From sequence record SRR31156797_2095: a stretch of 64,000 nucleotides of DNA, one strand, 5' to 3'. How positions within the stretch are numbered: position 1 is the stretch's first letter; each line of letters starts with the position of its first letter. Positions 28,878-38,658 of the stretch are shown piece after piece. The translations under genes and the position numbers were made by a program. The notes beneath the pieces are model-generated. The model saw only the letters and a program-made list of their open reading frames with translations. It did not search any database and was not told where the DNA came from.

Positions 28878-30518
28878 ATGAATATCTTATGCGGAGTAAC
28901 TCCGCTGGCAGTGCCGCTTTTAAATAAGAGAAAGCTGGCTGGTCGATTAAGAATCACAGCACCATTTGTAATTTCAGAAGGGGTAGAAATCATGTCTGAT
29001 CTTTCGCTTGGAGGGGTGGTCAGTATCCCCGCTGTACAAACAGAAAACGGCTTAATAACCTTAACCGCTGAGCACTCGGAAATCGTTAATAAGTCAGTAA
29101 ATATAAAAACATCCTTATCCGGAATGGAGAATAATACAGAGACACTCACCGTTCCAACTTCTTGCGGTATAGACAGCTTTTTAAATGTAGAAACTGAAAT
29201 GAATGAACTGCTGGAAGGTTCATCAGAGATATCAACGACAATTGGCGATTGCTCCATAAGTGGTGTTATTGAGATTAAAAATCCGTTGCAAACCACAGGA
29301 GAGAGAGGCTCCACATCAGTTAATCTTCCACAAACTACTGGTGTGGTCATCAATGATTCCTTAACTGTTTTTGCAGACGGTAAAGATGTCACAAAGCATC
29401 TGAAAAAAGCTGAGATTAAGCTTTTCGGAGGGAATGAACCACTCAGGCTAGCAGCAAGCTTCTCCTCACTGGTAAAGGTTCCTGAGAGTGTGCAGATCAA
29501 TATAAACAGTGAGCAATACACTTTTAGAGTCAGCTCATTCAGCCACTCTGACAACGCTTTAAGCTTATCAGCTATTCGACTTGAAGATGGTGCTAAAGTT
29601 ATAAGTGAGACCTATAAAAGAGCATCAAAAATATGCTCTAAAAACTCTTCGATAATATTCGCTGCTAACGATTTTATTGTCCGTGGTCTAGAAGAAAAGA
29701 TGACTGACTTTGAACTTGCAAAATCACTTGCGGAGATGTCCGGTGTGAGTGCCAGACAGATGCCTGACGGCAGGGCTATGATGTTTTGTGATAAGAAGTC
29801 CGTCTCAACTTATAAACCTGAAAATATCCTTGGCTGGGAAAAAGTTTCAAAAGAACCTGTCAGCTCGGTTGAGATCATTTACGGCAACTCAGGCAGTGAT
29901 TACATAAGCATTGAAGTTTCGGAGAAGAGACCAACAGCGAACTTCGTATATGTGAAAGTTTACGGCGAATCAACACCTGAGCTGCAAGCTGATAACGGCA
30001 TAATAGAACTAATAAGCCGGGGTAACAGAGAGGAGATCAGTGAGGATGTAATCCTAATTAATGGTGAAGGCAAGCTTAGTAATCCTGCAATCTCCGTTGC
30101 TACGGATGGGGTATCAGCAGATGGCAAGAACATTTATGCCGCTTCTGATTGCTATAGCGCAAACATCACATATGAAACGGTATATAGTGAATATAAGCTT
30201 GTTTCTGAACGGAAACAGAACGTGACCTTATGTGCCTATTTAGACAGCAGGGTAGTTATCATAACTGGCGAGACCGGTGAAAACATATCAATCAGCGTCC
30301 CTGAAATATGCGACAGAACCACTGCCCACAGAGTCGCAGAATCGATAATAAAAACAAAATCTGAACGCTCAGTAATCAGAACTACACATTCAAATACGAT
30401 TAACACTGCGAGCGGCTTAAAGGTGAAAACACCTTACTGTGAAGGATTTTTAGACTCAGCAAAAATAACAATCAACAACAACCCCATGAAAATTATAGAT
30501 GAACTGGAGGTCGTGTAA
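28878..30518 (+). CDS. Putative tail hub/baseplate-like protein
   Basis: 546 aa, beta-rich, inside the tightly coupled structural operon. Function inferred from position only. Confidence 0.45.
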   Translation: MNILCGVTPLAVPLLNKRKLAGRLRITAPFVISEGVEIMSDLSLGGVVSIPAVQTENGLITLTAEHSEIVNKSVNIKTSLSGMENNTETLTVPTSCGIDSFLNVETEMNELLEGSSEISTTIGDCSISGVIEIKNPLQTTGERGSTSVNLPQTTGVVINDSLTVFADGKDVTKHLKKAEIKLFGGNEPLRLAASFSSLVKVPESVQININSEQYTFRVSSFSHSDNALSLSAIRLEDGAKVISETYKRASKICSKNSSIIFAANDFIVRGLEEKMTDFELAKSLAEMSGVSARQMPDGRAMMFCDKKSVSTYKPENILGWEKVSKEPVSSVEIIYGNSGSDYISIEVSEKRPTANFVYVKVYGESTPELQADNGIIELISRGNREEISEDVILINGEGKLSNPAISVATDGVSADGKNIYAASDCYSANITYETVYSEYKLVSERKQNVTLCAYLDSRVVIITGETGENISISVPEICDRTTAHRVAESIIKTKSERSVIRTTHSNTINTASGLKVKTPYCEGFLDSAKITINNNPMKIIDELEVV

Positions 30519-30520
30519 TT

Positions 30521-31018
30521 ATGGCAAAGGTAACAGTTAGTTTCGTCACAAATGATGAGGAAGGAAAGCTCATAATCGAAAATGATGATGAGAGAAACAG
30601 AGACTATACAGGAAAAACAAAAACAAAATTCAGGTATGGGGATACAGCATATTTCAGAGTGTACAGCCACGAACCGGATAAAGTAACAGCCATAACAACA
30701 GACGGTCAGCTCTACGATAATGGATTCTTCACTGACAGCATAGAGGAAGAGGTTGCAACTTTTATAACAGAAAGAGAAGCAGAACCGGAAAAACCCGTTA
30801 AAACGCTGACATCCTATAAGTGGCTCGGAAATGAACTCGGAGAGATAAGTGTAACAGCACCCTACTCTCTTTCTGCATCGGAAAAACCCACTGCTGACAA
30901 GATTGCAGCTGCCTATATCAATTATCAGACAAGCTACAAACTATTCGGACTTAAGCTAGACATACGTGAAGACGAAGAGTATCCGGTAATGGTTTATGTG
31001 AGAAGCGGAAATGTCTGA
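30521..31018 (+). CDS. Phage-derived structural hypothetical protein
   Basis: 165 aa, coupled within the operon, SD GGAGG. Confidence 0.55.
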   Translation: MAKVTVSFVTNDEEGKLIIENDDERNRDYTGKTKTKFRYGDTAYFRVYSHEPDKVTAITTDGQLYDNGFFTDSIEEEVATFITEREAEPEKPVKTLTSYKWLGNELGEISVTAPYSLSASEKPTADKIAAAYINYQTSYKLFGLKLDIREDEEYPVMVYVRSGNV

Positions 31019-31736
31019 TAAACAAATAACATTCACAAGCTCCGACACAGGACTGAACAGCTTTAAACTTGTGCTTGATGCTTCGGAGAATGATGGAAAA
31101 ACGATTTTCTCTCCAGCACAATCTGCAAACATTAAACTCTATCCAGGGGGACAAGTTCCTAGTCTTTCAGCTACTTGCGGTACAGTGAAGAATGCCCTAA
31201 AAGAACTTAAAGAGACCTATACGGAATACATAGCATTTCGTGATTCAGAAACAGCAAACTGCAAATTTCATATTACAAAGCTGATCTCTGCAGTGTGGGA
31301 GGGTGCAGGCAAAGGTGCACCTAAAATATACGGAAGCAGGCTCGTTATTCCAGAAGCAACAACCGGGGTTCTAAAGATTAAATATGAGACAAGTTACGAT
31401 CTGCTCAACGTCAGGTGCGAAAAACCTACATATGTCCTGATCACTGCAAAATCAGAGGAGCTATCAGGTGATTACCTTGTCGATTTTACTGAAAATTTCA
31501 CCACTGAAACGTATCAGAAAGACGTTGTTCTAACTGTTCGGGATGCTTGCACAAGAGAGATTCTTGATAACGCCTCAATCTATATCAATGGCATATTCTC
31601 CGGTAAATCTGATGCAGAAGGTTTGGTCAGGCTGGGCAGTATGAAATCCGGCACATATAACCTTAAAATAACCAGAGAAGGCTATCTCAGCACTGACCTT
31701 GACACTATTAAGAATGACAGCTTTACGGTGGAATGA
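31011..31736 (+). CDS. Phage-derived structural protein with C-terminal PEGA/carboxypeptidase-regulatory-like domain
   Basis: LTVRD...ILDNASIYING...GKSDAEG.V.L....GTYNLKITREGY. Confidence 0.55.
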   Translation: MSDKQITFTSSDTGLNSFKLVLDASENDGKTIFSPAQSANIKLYPGGQVPSLSATCGTVKNALKELKETYTEYIAFRDSETANCKFHITKLISAVWEGAGKGAPKIYGSRLVIPEATTGVLKIKYETSYDLLNVRCEKPTYVLITAKSEELSGDYLVDFTENFTTETYQKDVVLTVRDACTREILDNASIYINGIFSGKSDAEGLVRLGSMKSGTYNLKITREGYLSTDLDTIKNDSFTVE

Positions 31737-32698
31737 TGAATATATATATCTGTAAGGAGAACTATGAGCCTAAAGGCGTTTGTTACGGCTACAGCTGTAC
31801 TCACAAGCCTATTACTGTTACAAAAAAAACTTTGAAAGAGCGTGTCTCTGTCTATCTCAGTGGCGGCATAAAGCTCGATTCTTCATATATCTCAGGAGTC
31901 AGGACTATCATTGACGCATACTTATCAAACGGTTCACCTGAGCAGATGGGTGCAGATATTTACATCCTGCCGGAGGGTGCAACAACATCGTGCATGGTGT
32001 CTGCTCCGCCTTGCGATAAGAACTACACCGACGAAGCGAAATGGTTTCGTAGCGGAGATTACATTTACGCAAAACTCCCACTTGTAAAGAACTCTCCACT
32101 TGAGTCTTTTGAAACTGTTTACGACTCTGACAGAACCACATACACCATCCCGGGAAATCTTGGTGAGGCTGATGGAACTCTCACATTTACATTTGATGAC
32201 GGTGGCTTCACCTACCATAAAACTAGTCTGAAAGACACACTGCTCACCCCGGGCAATAAGGTGAGTGTATCTTATAAAATGCGAGGACTAACAAACTATA
32301 ACTATCTATCTTTCATAGACTTTCAGACTGATTTATTTACATCCGGAACCTTTAGCGGATGTGGCTTGGTTAAGAAACTAAAAGTATATAACAACCCGCT
32401 TAAACCTGAAGACGGTTATACATATACCCTAACCCCTTATGAGGGCGGAGTTGGTTTTACTTTTAAAGATGAATGGTCTATGAGCACAGATTATCGTCTC
32501 CTCATAGAGTACCGTGGTGATACATATTGGCTTAAATCATTTGATTTCTACCCATACTCCATAGGTGACAAGGTTTCTATTCTCAAAAAAGGCGGCAGCC
32601 TACCGCTGACACCTGAGCCGCTAATCACAGATTCCTGCTCAAAAACCGAGCTCTCTGAAACCTATGATTACGCCATTCAGGAGTTGTTCTATGCATAA
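31733..32698 (+). CDS. Phage-derived hypothetical protein
   Basis: 321 aa, ATGA-coupled in the operon. Confidence 0.55.
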   Translation: MMNIYICKENYEPKGVCYGYSCTHKPITVTKKTLKERVSVYLSGGIKLDSSYISGVRTIIDAYLSNGSPEQMGADIYILPEGATTSCMVSAPPCDKNYTDEAKWFRSGDYIYAKLPLVKNSPLESFETVYDSDRTTYTIPGNLGEADGTLTFTFDDGGFTYHKTSLKDTLLTPGNKVSVSYKMRGLTNYNYLSFIDFQTDLFTSGTFSGCGLVKKLKVYNNPLKPEDGYTYTLTPYEGGVGFTFKDEWSMSTDYRLLIEYRGDTYWLKSFDFYPYSIGDKVSILKKGGSLPLTPEPLITDSCSKTELSETYDYAIQELFYA

Positions 32699-33761
32699 AA
32701 TACCCATTCAAAGCACACTGGACGCTGTTGATAACATAAGCTACATAACAGGTATAATACTCAGCGTGGACTATTCCACCGACACAGCAGATATATACTG
32801 TGGAGCAATTCATACAGCAGTACCGATCTTCTATAACTGCCCGAAAGCCGGTGAAGTAAAGGCAAATGGCTCACTTGAAAACACATCCCACGCTTTTGAA
32901 AGGGGGGACGAAGTTGTTGTAAGGATGTATAAAAATCTACCTTCTCACGTCATAGGATTCACTGATGATATGTGGCCTTGCATAAAAACTCCTGCGCTTA
33001 TTTTTGATAATTCATATATATATGACATTGAAACTTCTGAGTTTTCCCGGAAGCCGTCTGAGTTTGAAAGATATATAATGCTAGCTCAGTCACCCTGCTC
33101 CGCCGATCACACGCTATATATTAATGATGATAACGCTCCTCTTAGTGACGGGTTTACATCAATTGTCTCTGACGATAACTGGACAAGACACTCTGATTTC
33201 TACTTTAAAGATGAGCTGGTCTATTCGACTCATAACACCGAAACAACAAGCCATGTCTTTAACGGAACAAGGTCAAATGTGTTCGGCAGATATATCCACC
33301 CGCAAACGGAATGGGGCTGTATGGTCTATCAGATAAACACATTCTACGAATGGCTTCCGCAAGTTTCCGGTCATGTTGATTTTGATTACTACCTATACAC
33401 CTCCACAGGTCTCAACGAGAAGATAGCATCAGCGAGCGTGGATATAACAGGTGCGACATCTTATCCTACCGGTGATGTAGTCGCTTCACAAAGCTGTAAA
33501 AGCCTTGCTGACGAAAATTCAGGCGATATGCTTCTCATTAATATTCAGATTTCAGAAGCAGCTAGTTTTTTATCAGACGGAAGTACCAACGAAGTTTCGA
33601 CAGGTGACTTAAACAAAACCAAATATGCACTTGTTACAGAAGGCGCAGAGACACCTTTAAACAAGCAATTCACTATAAACACTGACTCCTTTGGACATAT
33701 CAACATAAACGGAGATGCATTTGACTCAGCCACACCAGAGATATATGTAAAAAACAGATAA
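32691..33761 (+). CDS. Phage-derived hypothetical protein (possible tail-tip/spike component)
   Basis: Start reassigned to ATG 32691 (SD AGGAG). N-terminal G.ILSVDY..DTADI...VPIFY.C...AFERGDEVVV resembles an OB-like tail-tip segment. Confidence 0.5.
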   Translation: MHKIPIQSTLDAVDNISYITGIILSVDYSTDTADIYCGAIHTAVPIFYNCPKAGEVKANGSLENTSHAFERGDEVVVRMYKNLPSHVIGFTDDMWPCIKTPALIFDNSYIYDIETSEFSRKPSEFERYIMLAQSPCSADHTLYINDDNAPLSDGFTSIVSDDNWTRHSDFYFKDELVYSTHNTETTSHVFNGTRSNVFGRYIHPQTEWGCMVYQINTFYEWLPQVSGHVDFDYYLYTSTGLNEKIASASVDITGATSYPTGDVVASQSCKSLADENSGDMLLINIQISEAASFLSDGSTNEVSTGDLNKTKYALVTEGAETPLNKQFTINTDSFGHININGDAFDSATPEIYVKNR

Positions 33762-33773
33762 ATGGAGAAAAAT

Positions 33774-34664
33774 ATGAGTTATAAGAGTGTTAAAGAGATT
33801 ATTAATGCTGTTTTCGACAGTGACAACAATTCGCTCAATACGGTTTATAAAACTGATGGTGAGGTCTTCAACCTTATATATGATGACTCAGGTAAGCCAG
33901 CACTCAGAGTCAACATCGAGGGCTTTGAAGGCGCTGCCGGAGGCGGCATAATAGACGGGGAAGCCTTAACATTTGCGGATCTCCCCCTCGCTTCTGAAAG
34001 CACCGGCGACATATATATTGTACAAACCACAACAGGCATCCCGCTTATTAACCGCAAACAGGCGGGACTTTACCTCTCTGACGGGCTCGCATGGACACTC
34101 ATCGACATCGACCTTCAGGCGGATAAGGTTTCCTACTCAGGCGACTTATCATCTGATAATGTCATGGATGCACTAAATGAACTGAAAGCAGCTCTTGACG
34201 GAAAACTATCTAGTTCAGGTGTTGGTAATGTCAAATTCAATAATATCGAATCGTCTGACACAAGCTCATTAGACTGGTACGAAGAAGGAACATGGACTCC
34301 AGTTCTTTCAGGACAATCCGTGGCGGGTGTTGCAACATACACCTCAAACCGCGCAGGCTTTTTCACACGCATAGGCAACCAGGTCAACATATATGCTACG
34401 ATAGAAATATCTAACCATACTGGTTCTGGCAACATTATAATAGACGGCTTGCCGTATAGCGTAAAATCTAACGACCAAAATGAAGGTGGATTTTCTATTG
34501 GGCTGGTTAGGAGACTTAACTTTAGCGGTTCTTTCATAACCTTGAGCGCACCTTCTGGTGGCACAGCAATAAGGGTATACCAAGCAGTTTCAGGTGGTGA
34601 GTTTTCTCAGGTATCACTCAGTAATAATCTATATATTTGCTTTAGTGGCACATACACAACATAA
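33774..34664 (+). CDS. Putative tail fibre / receptor-binding protein
   Basis: C-terminal YEEGTWTPVLSG...FTRIGNQVNI...IDGLPY module typical of phage fibre ends, plus ADKVSY...NVMDALNEL linker. Confidence 0.65.
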   Translation: MSYKSVKEIINAVFDSDNNSLNTVYKTDGEVFNLIYDDSGKPALRVNIEGFEGAAGGGIIDGEALTFADLPLASESTGDIYIVQTTTGIPLINRKQAGLYLSDGLAWTLIDIDLQADKVSYSGDLSSDNVMDALNELKAALDGKLSSSGVGNVKFNNIESSDTSSLDWYEEGTWTPVLSGQSVAGVATYTSNRAGFFTRIGNQVNIYATIEISNHTGSGNIIIDGLPYSVKSNDQNEGGFSIGLVRRLNFSGSFITLSAPSGGTAIRVYQAVSGGEFSQVSLSNNLYICFSGTYTT

Positions 34665-34676
34665 TGAGGAGAAGCT

Positions 34677-34907
34677 ATGATCATAGAAATTTCAGATATC
34701 CTTCAGACTCTAGGTAGCTTGGCGAGCCTTGTGCTCATACCTATATGGCGGTCGATCAATTCGCTCAGAGACAGCCAGAATAAAACTAACATCATCCTTG
34801 CAAGGGATTATGTAACAAAGAAAGAGTGCCGCAACATGCATAATCAGACCCACGCAGACATCATAAGGCTGCATGCCAGAGTTGACGAAACCACATCTAA
34901 AAAATAA
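34677..34907 (+). CDS. Small single-TM coiled-coil protein, holin-like candidate, last gene of the structural operon
   Basis: 76 aa, hydrophobic N-terminus, DYVTKKEC...IIRLHARVDE, SD GAGGAG. Confidence 0.5.
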   Translation: MIIEISDILQTLGSLASLVLIPIWRSINSLRDSQNKTNIILARDYVTKKECRNMHNQTHADIIRLHARVDETTSKK

Positions 34908-34939
34908 TAAACTCCTTACCACGGGCAGCTTCAGTCATT

Positions 34940-35087
34940 TGCTCAAAAACTGACTGCCCGCCTGAAGATAGCTGGTCACTTTTTAACCACCTCTGCGTAC
35001 AATTTATTCATTATTTAATTTTTAACTTATCAACTATCCCCTAAGCCCTTGTTAGCAAGGAAAGCATGAAATGGCACGCCTTTTGTT
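34940..35087 (+). promoter_or_regulatory. Sigma-54 promoter of glnK-amtB with candidate enhancer-binding-protein sites
   Basis: TGGCACG-CCTT-TTGT at 35072-35086 (-24/-12, TGT variant). Two related 17-mers, TGCTCAAAAACTGACTG (34940) and TGGTCACTTTTTAACCA (34973), lie 33 bp apart, followed by an AT-rich spacer. Confidence 0.6.
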
Positions 35088-35106
35088 ATATTTACATGTG
35101 AACTAA

Positions 35107-35466
<360 letters not shown>

Positions 35467-35480
35467 TAAGGAGGAACAGA

Positions 35481-36812
35481 ATGTTTAGAAAAACAGTAAC
35501 AACTCTTATGATTACAGGTCTCGCCGCTACAGCGTTTGCGGCAGACGAACCTGTTACTCTAGAATCACTCAGCACTGAGATTGCAGCGGTGCAGGCTAAT
35601 GCTGACTGGCTCTGGACTCTTATCGCAGCTTTTATGGTTTTCTTTATGCAGCTCGGTTTCGCTATGGTGGAATCAGGTTTCACCAGAGCAAAAAACGCTG
35701 TTAATATTATTATGAAAAACCTTATGGACTTCTCCATAGGTGCGCTTTCCTTCTGGGCAATCGGTTTTGCTCTGATGTTTGGTACTACTACTACAGGTTT
35801 TTTCGGTACAGAAGGCTTCTTCATCTCTAACTGGGATCCTGCTGATAACTGGACACTCTGCTTCTGGATCTTCCAGACTGTGTTCTGTGCTACAGCAGCT
35901 ACGATCGTTTCCGGTGCTGTCGCTGAAAGAGCCAACTTTAAAGCGTATATACTCTTCTCTGCTATAATGACCGCAGTCATCTACCCTATATACGGTAGCT
36001 GGGCTTGGGGTTCACTCTTCCACGGCGAAGGCTGGCTGGAGAAGGTCGGATTCATCGACTTCGCTGGTTCTACTGTTGTTCACTCTATCGGTGGGTGGGC
36101 GGCTCTCGCTGGTGCTATCGTTCTCGGACCTAGAATCGGCAAATACACTAAAGACGGTAAGCCTAGAGCTATCCCTGGACACAACATCCCTATCGCAACT
36201 ATCGGTGTTTTCATCCTCTGGTTCGGCTGGTACGGGTTCAACGTTGGCTCAGAGACTGCTGCTGACTCGCTCCTTCCGCTTATCGCAGTTAACACAACCC
36301 TTTCACCTGCTGCCGCTATAATGTCCGCTATGTGGCTCACTTACATCTTCTATAAGAAGTTCGATGCTGGTATGTCACTTAACGGTGCGCTCGCTGGTCT
36401 CGTAGGTATCACGGCTGGCTGTGCAAACGTTACACCTGGCTATGCAATCATCATAGGTCTCATATCCGGTGTAGTTGTTGTTCTCTCTGTTCAGTTCTTT
36501 GAGAAGATCAAAATTGACGACCCTGTTGGTGCTATCTCTGTACACGGTGTTTGTGGTGTATGGGGTACACTCGCTGCTGGTCTCTTTAATTATAACTTCG
36601 ACACTGGTGCTCTTGAGCCTGTTCTCATGTCTCAGATCATCGGTATCGCAGCTGCTTTCGCTTGGGCGTTCCCTGTATCATTCATAGTATTCAAGGTAGT
36701 TAACCTTATCGTAAGAGTACGTGTTACTGAGCAGGAAGAACTCGAAGGTCTCGACTTCCACGAACATGGAATCGACGCTTACCCAGAGTATTCAAGATCA
36801 TACATCAAATAG
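35481..36812 (+). CDS. amtB: Ammonium transporter
   Basis: FMQLGFAMVESG, DFAGSTVVH, LWFGWYGFN, DDPVGAISVHG. Confidence 0.96.
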   Translation: MFRKTVTTLMITGLAATAFAADEPVTLESLSTEIAAVQANADWLWTLIAAFMVFFMQLGFAMVESGFTRAKNAVNIIMKNLMDFSIGALSFWAIGFALMFGTTTTGFFGTEGFFISNWDPADNWTLCFWIFQTVFCATAATIVSGAVAERANFKAYILFSAIMTAVIYPIYGSWAWGSLFHGEGWLEKVGFIDFAGSTVVHSIGGWAALAGAIVLGPRIGKYTKDGKPRAIPGHNIPIATIGVFILWFGWYGFNVGSETAADSLLPLIAVNTTLSPAAAIMSAMWLTYIFYKKFDAGMSLNGALAGLVGITAGCANVTPGYAIIIGLISGVVVVLSVQFFEKIKIDDPVGAISVHGVCGVWGTLAAGLFNYNFDTGALEPVLMSQIIGIAAAFAWAFPVSFIVFKVVNLIVRVRVTEQEELEGLDFHEHGIDAYPEYSRSYIK

Positions 36813-36909
36813 CAGGGTTGCCCCCTGTAGCGAAACAATAAGCTGTAACCGTAGACTAAGTTCCACGCTTTACAGGTCTCTCTGTTCGTTTGATAAATAT
36901 AATTTAAAT

Positions 36910-36939
36910 AAAGGGCTGTCCTTCGGGGCGGCCTTTTTT
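36910..36939 (+). terminator. Rho-independent terminator of glnK-amtB
   Basis: AAGGGCTGTCC-TTCG-GGGCGGCCTTTTTT. Confidence 0.85.
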
Positions 36940-37004
36940 GATAATAAATGATAAGAGAGGTGATATTCAAAATGCTGTGATTGCAGAGTTCTCATAGCAC
37001 AACG

Positions 37005-37034
37005 AAAAAAAGGCCACTCAAATGAGTGACCTTT
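37005..37034 (-). terminator. Terminator of the XRE regulator gene
   Basis: A7-GGCCACTCA-AA-TGAGTGACC. Confidence 0.7.
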
Positions 37035-37064
37035 GAAAGATTATATAAGTTTATATCTTCACTT

Positions 37065-37880
37065 CTAGAGCTTTACTGCGTGCCAGCAAAGTCTATACGC
37101 TCTACAGCCAGTGGCAAGGTCTGCATTGTCACTATAAGTAACTGGTGCACCTGCGCCAACCTCTGGAGCCATAATGATGTTGCCCTCGTTAACGAAAGCT
37201 CTCATAAATTTTAATGAATCAGTATCAAAATAAAGCACTACATCTCTGTCTTCTAAATCGGATAGAGTCGCTTTTTCAATATATACGATATCTGTTTCAT
37301 TCACTTTCGGTGCAAATCTGCCGTCATTAACATAAACCCAGAAAGCACCCTTTTCCTTCTCGCATCTACCTTCCTCTACATCAGCAAGAGTAACATTGAC
37401 CTGCGGCTCAGATGGTTCGTAAACCACATCCTCTCGCTCGGCAGCTACTGCTGATCCGGCTTCGAAAGAATAGCCATCTTCTTCGCCTATAAGGTCCGTC
37501 ACACTACAGGTGAGACAAGTTGCAAGATTTTCGATTAAATCCCTTTCAAATTCCCCATATCCCAGCTCTAAACGGGTTAAAGCCTGAACATCTATTTTAG
37601 CCACAGCAGCCAGATCGCTTTTCGAGAAGCCCCTCTTCTCTCTCATGTTTTTAATGTTTTCACCGGTTTCTTTTGTGTTTTTGATATTGTCGCCGTAAGC
37701 GAAATAATCAAGCTTGACTTCCAAAAATCTGGCGATTCTGGATAAAGTCTCAAGATCCGGTTCTCTACTGCCACTAAGGTAATTCGAAAGCCTGGAAGGA
37801 GAAAGCCCTACAGCTCTACATACGTCGACCTGTTTTATCCCCTTGCGTTTAATCAATTTCCTAATTTTGTTTCCCAACAT
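37065..37880 (-). CDS. XRE regulator with two HTH domains and a degenerate S24 (LexA/CI-like) C-terminal domain
   Basis: HTH1 LGNKIRKL...LSPSRLSNYLSG.REPD, HTH2 GENIKNMREKRGFS...LTRLELG, C-terminus FWVYVNDGRFAPKVNETDIVYI. Confidence 0.78.
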   Translation of the reverse strand: MLGNKIRKLIKRKGIKQVDVCRAVGLSPSRLSNYLSGSREPDLETLSRIARFLEVKLDYFAYGDNIKNTKETGENIKNMREKRGFSKSDLAAVAKIDVQALTRLELGYGEFERDLIENLATCLTCSVTDLIGEEDGYSFEAGSAVAAEREDVVYEPSEPQVNVTLADVEEGRCEKEKGAFWVYVNDGRFAPKVNETDIVYIEKATLSDLEDRDVVLYFDTDSLKFMRAFVNEGNIIMAPEVGAGAPVTYSDNADLATGCRAYRLCWHAVKL

Positions 37881-38203
37881 GATTACATACTACCTCAATA
37901 TTTTTATTCAGTAAATCAACTATTTGCAAAAGAGAATTGCATACTATACACTGCGTGCAAGGGTTTTAAACCCTGTAGTTAGTTAACTGATAATTAAACA
38001 AGAGAAGCAGAAGTGTTCAGCAAGCTGAACGTATAAACACTCAAAAGCCCTTTGTTTGTTGATAATAATACCTATAATTCAAGATTTCACAATGGTTTTT
38101 TTTACAATTTTATAACACAAATCACAGTATATAATTTTTTAATTTTAGAGATGAGCATCTGCTCATATATTTTGTATATTGATAGAGACTTTTTCTTATT
38201 TTA

Positions 38204-38656
38204 ATGGTATTTAAAAACATGCTTGAGAGAATAAGAGTAAAAGTTAAAAAGATACTGCTGCTCGATTGCCCACCGAATAAAATTGCTGCAGCTGCTGCTG
38301 TAGGCGTATTTGTTGGATTCTCCCCTTATATCGGCTTTCACACAGTGATAGCCATAGGGTTGTCATTCGCATTTAACCTCCCCTTATACCCCCTTATTGT
38401 TGGGGCATACATAACCAATCCTCTGACTTTTATCCCGGTATACACTTTATGCTATAAATTTGGCGAACTAATCACGGGGCGGCATGCAGAAGTTCCTCTG
38501 GACTTTTCAGATATGACACTCACTTCAATTTTCACTACTGCTAAGACATTTATTGTCCCTTTTTTTGCAGGTGCGCATGTGCTTGGCTTGATTCTTGGTG
38601 GTTTTGCATATATCCTGACATATTACTTAATAAAAAAGTATAAGGATAGTATTTGA
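38204..38656 (+). CDS. DUF2062 family membrane protein
   Basis: PNKIAAAAAVGVFVGFSP..G.H...ITNPLT. Confidence 0.8.
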   Translation: MVFKNMLERIRVKVKKILLLDCPPNKIAAAAAVGVFVGFSPYIGFHTVIAIGLSFAFNLPLYPLIVGAYITNPLTFIPVYTLCYKFGELITGRHAEVPLDFSDMTLTSIFTTAKTFIVPFFAGAHVLGLILGGFAYILTYYLIKKYKDSI

Positions 38657-38658
38657 TT

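Noticed and set aside
12575-34907. Single intact excisable prophage
   Set aside because: The span contains ftsY and other host genes, the modules face opposite directions, and no integrase, transposase, replication gene or att repeat was found.
23478-34907. Tailocin, contractile injection system or encapsulin
   Set aside because: No sheath or tube is recognisable, while capsid, portal and an intact terminase indicate a DNA-packaging head.
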